DNA of 64,000 nt from Owenia fusiformis (Eukaryota), in NCBI GenBank assembly GCA_903813345.2, contig CAIIXF020000001.1, positions 5,146,001 to 5,210,000 on the forward strand. Reading direction: 5' to 3'. The notes under the pieces were generated by a model. It worked only from the letters and a program-made list of their open reading frames with translations. It made no database searches and was not told the DNA's origin. The translations under genes were made by a program, and so were the position numbers. Position 1 is the stretch's first letter. Every line of letters starts with the position of its first letter. Of the stretch, positions 63,761-64,000 are shown piece by piece.

Positions 63761-64000
63761 AGAAAATGAGGATTTAGGCAAGGATGTATTGACTTAACAT
63801 GGGCTATATCCACTATGGACATATCTGGACATAGACATAGACATGGACATATCCATGGGGCCTATAATCATATTACCAAGCCATCATAGATATCTATTTG
63901 GGTTTCTGTCGCCCTGTAAATTTTATACATGCCGCATTACCTTTTTGAAGCATTAGACCGGGTTTTTATTGACCAAAACATTGGGTCATGCAGATTTTTT

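Overview
AT-rich eukaryotic (invertebrate, probably lophotrochozoan; taxon is inference only) genomic DNA. It holds four intron-containing protein genes, all on the + strand. (1) An orphan, largely disordered 539-aa protein (exons 6806-6849, 7026-8601). (2) An 8-exon secreted S1 serine protease (18505-30160) with a clip-like six-Cys N-terminal module and an unusual Gly189/Asp226 S1 pocket. (3) A prostanoid (EP4-like) GPCR (43629-45418). (4) An SCL/TAL1-family bHLH factor (61000-61713). The rest is a dense, nested set of non-autonomous elements, many with readable TIRs and TSDs (Academ-like, Tc1/mariner, Transib-like, Kolobok-like, P/hAT-like, HINE-like), plus LINE, Gypsy and pogo relics. The most notable element is a 453-bp miniature LTR retrotransposon (32580-33032). 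Its LTRs embed a tRNA-derived Pol III promoter, it has a PBS, a PPT and a 4-bp TSD, it sits inside a Gypsy integrase relic, and two solo LTRs lie elsewhere in the window. Gene models were read by eye from splice signals and reading-frame phase; no expression or database evidence was available.
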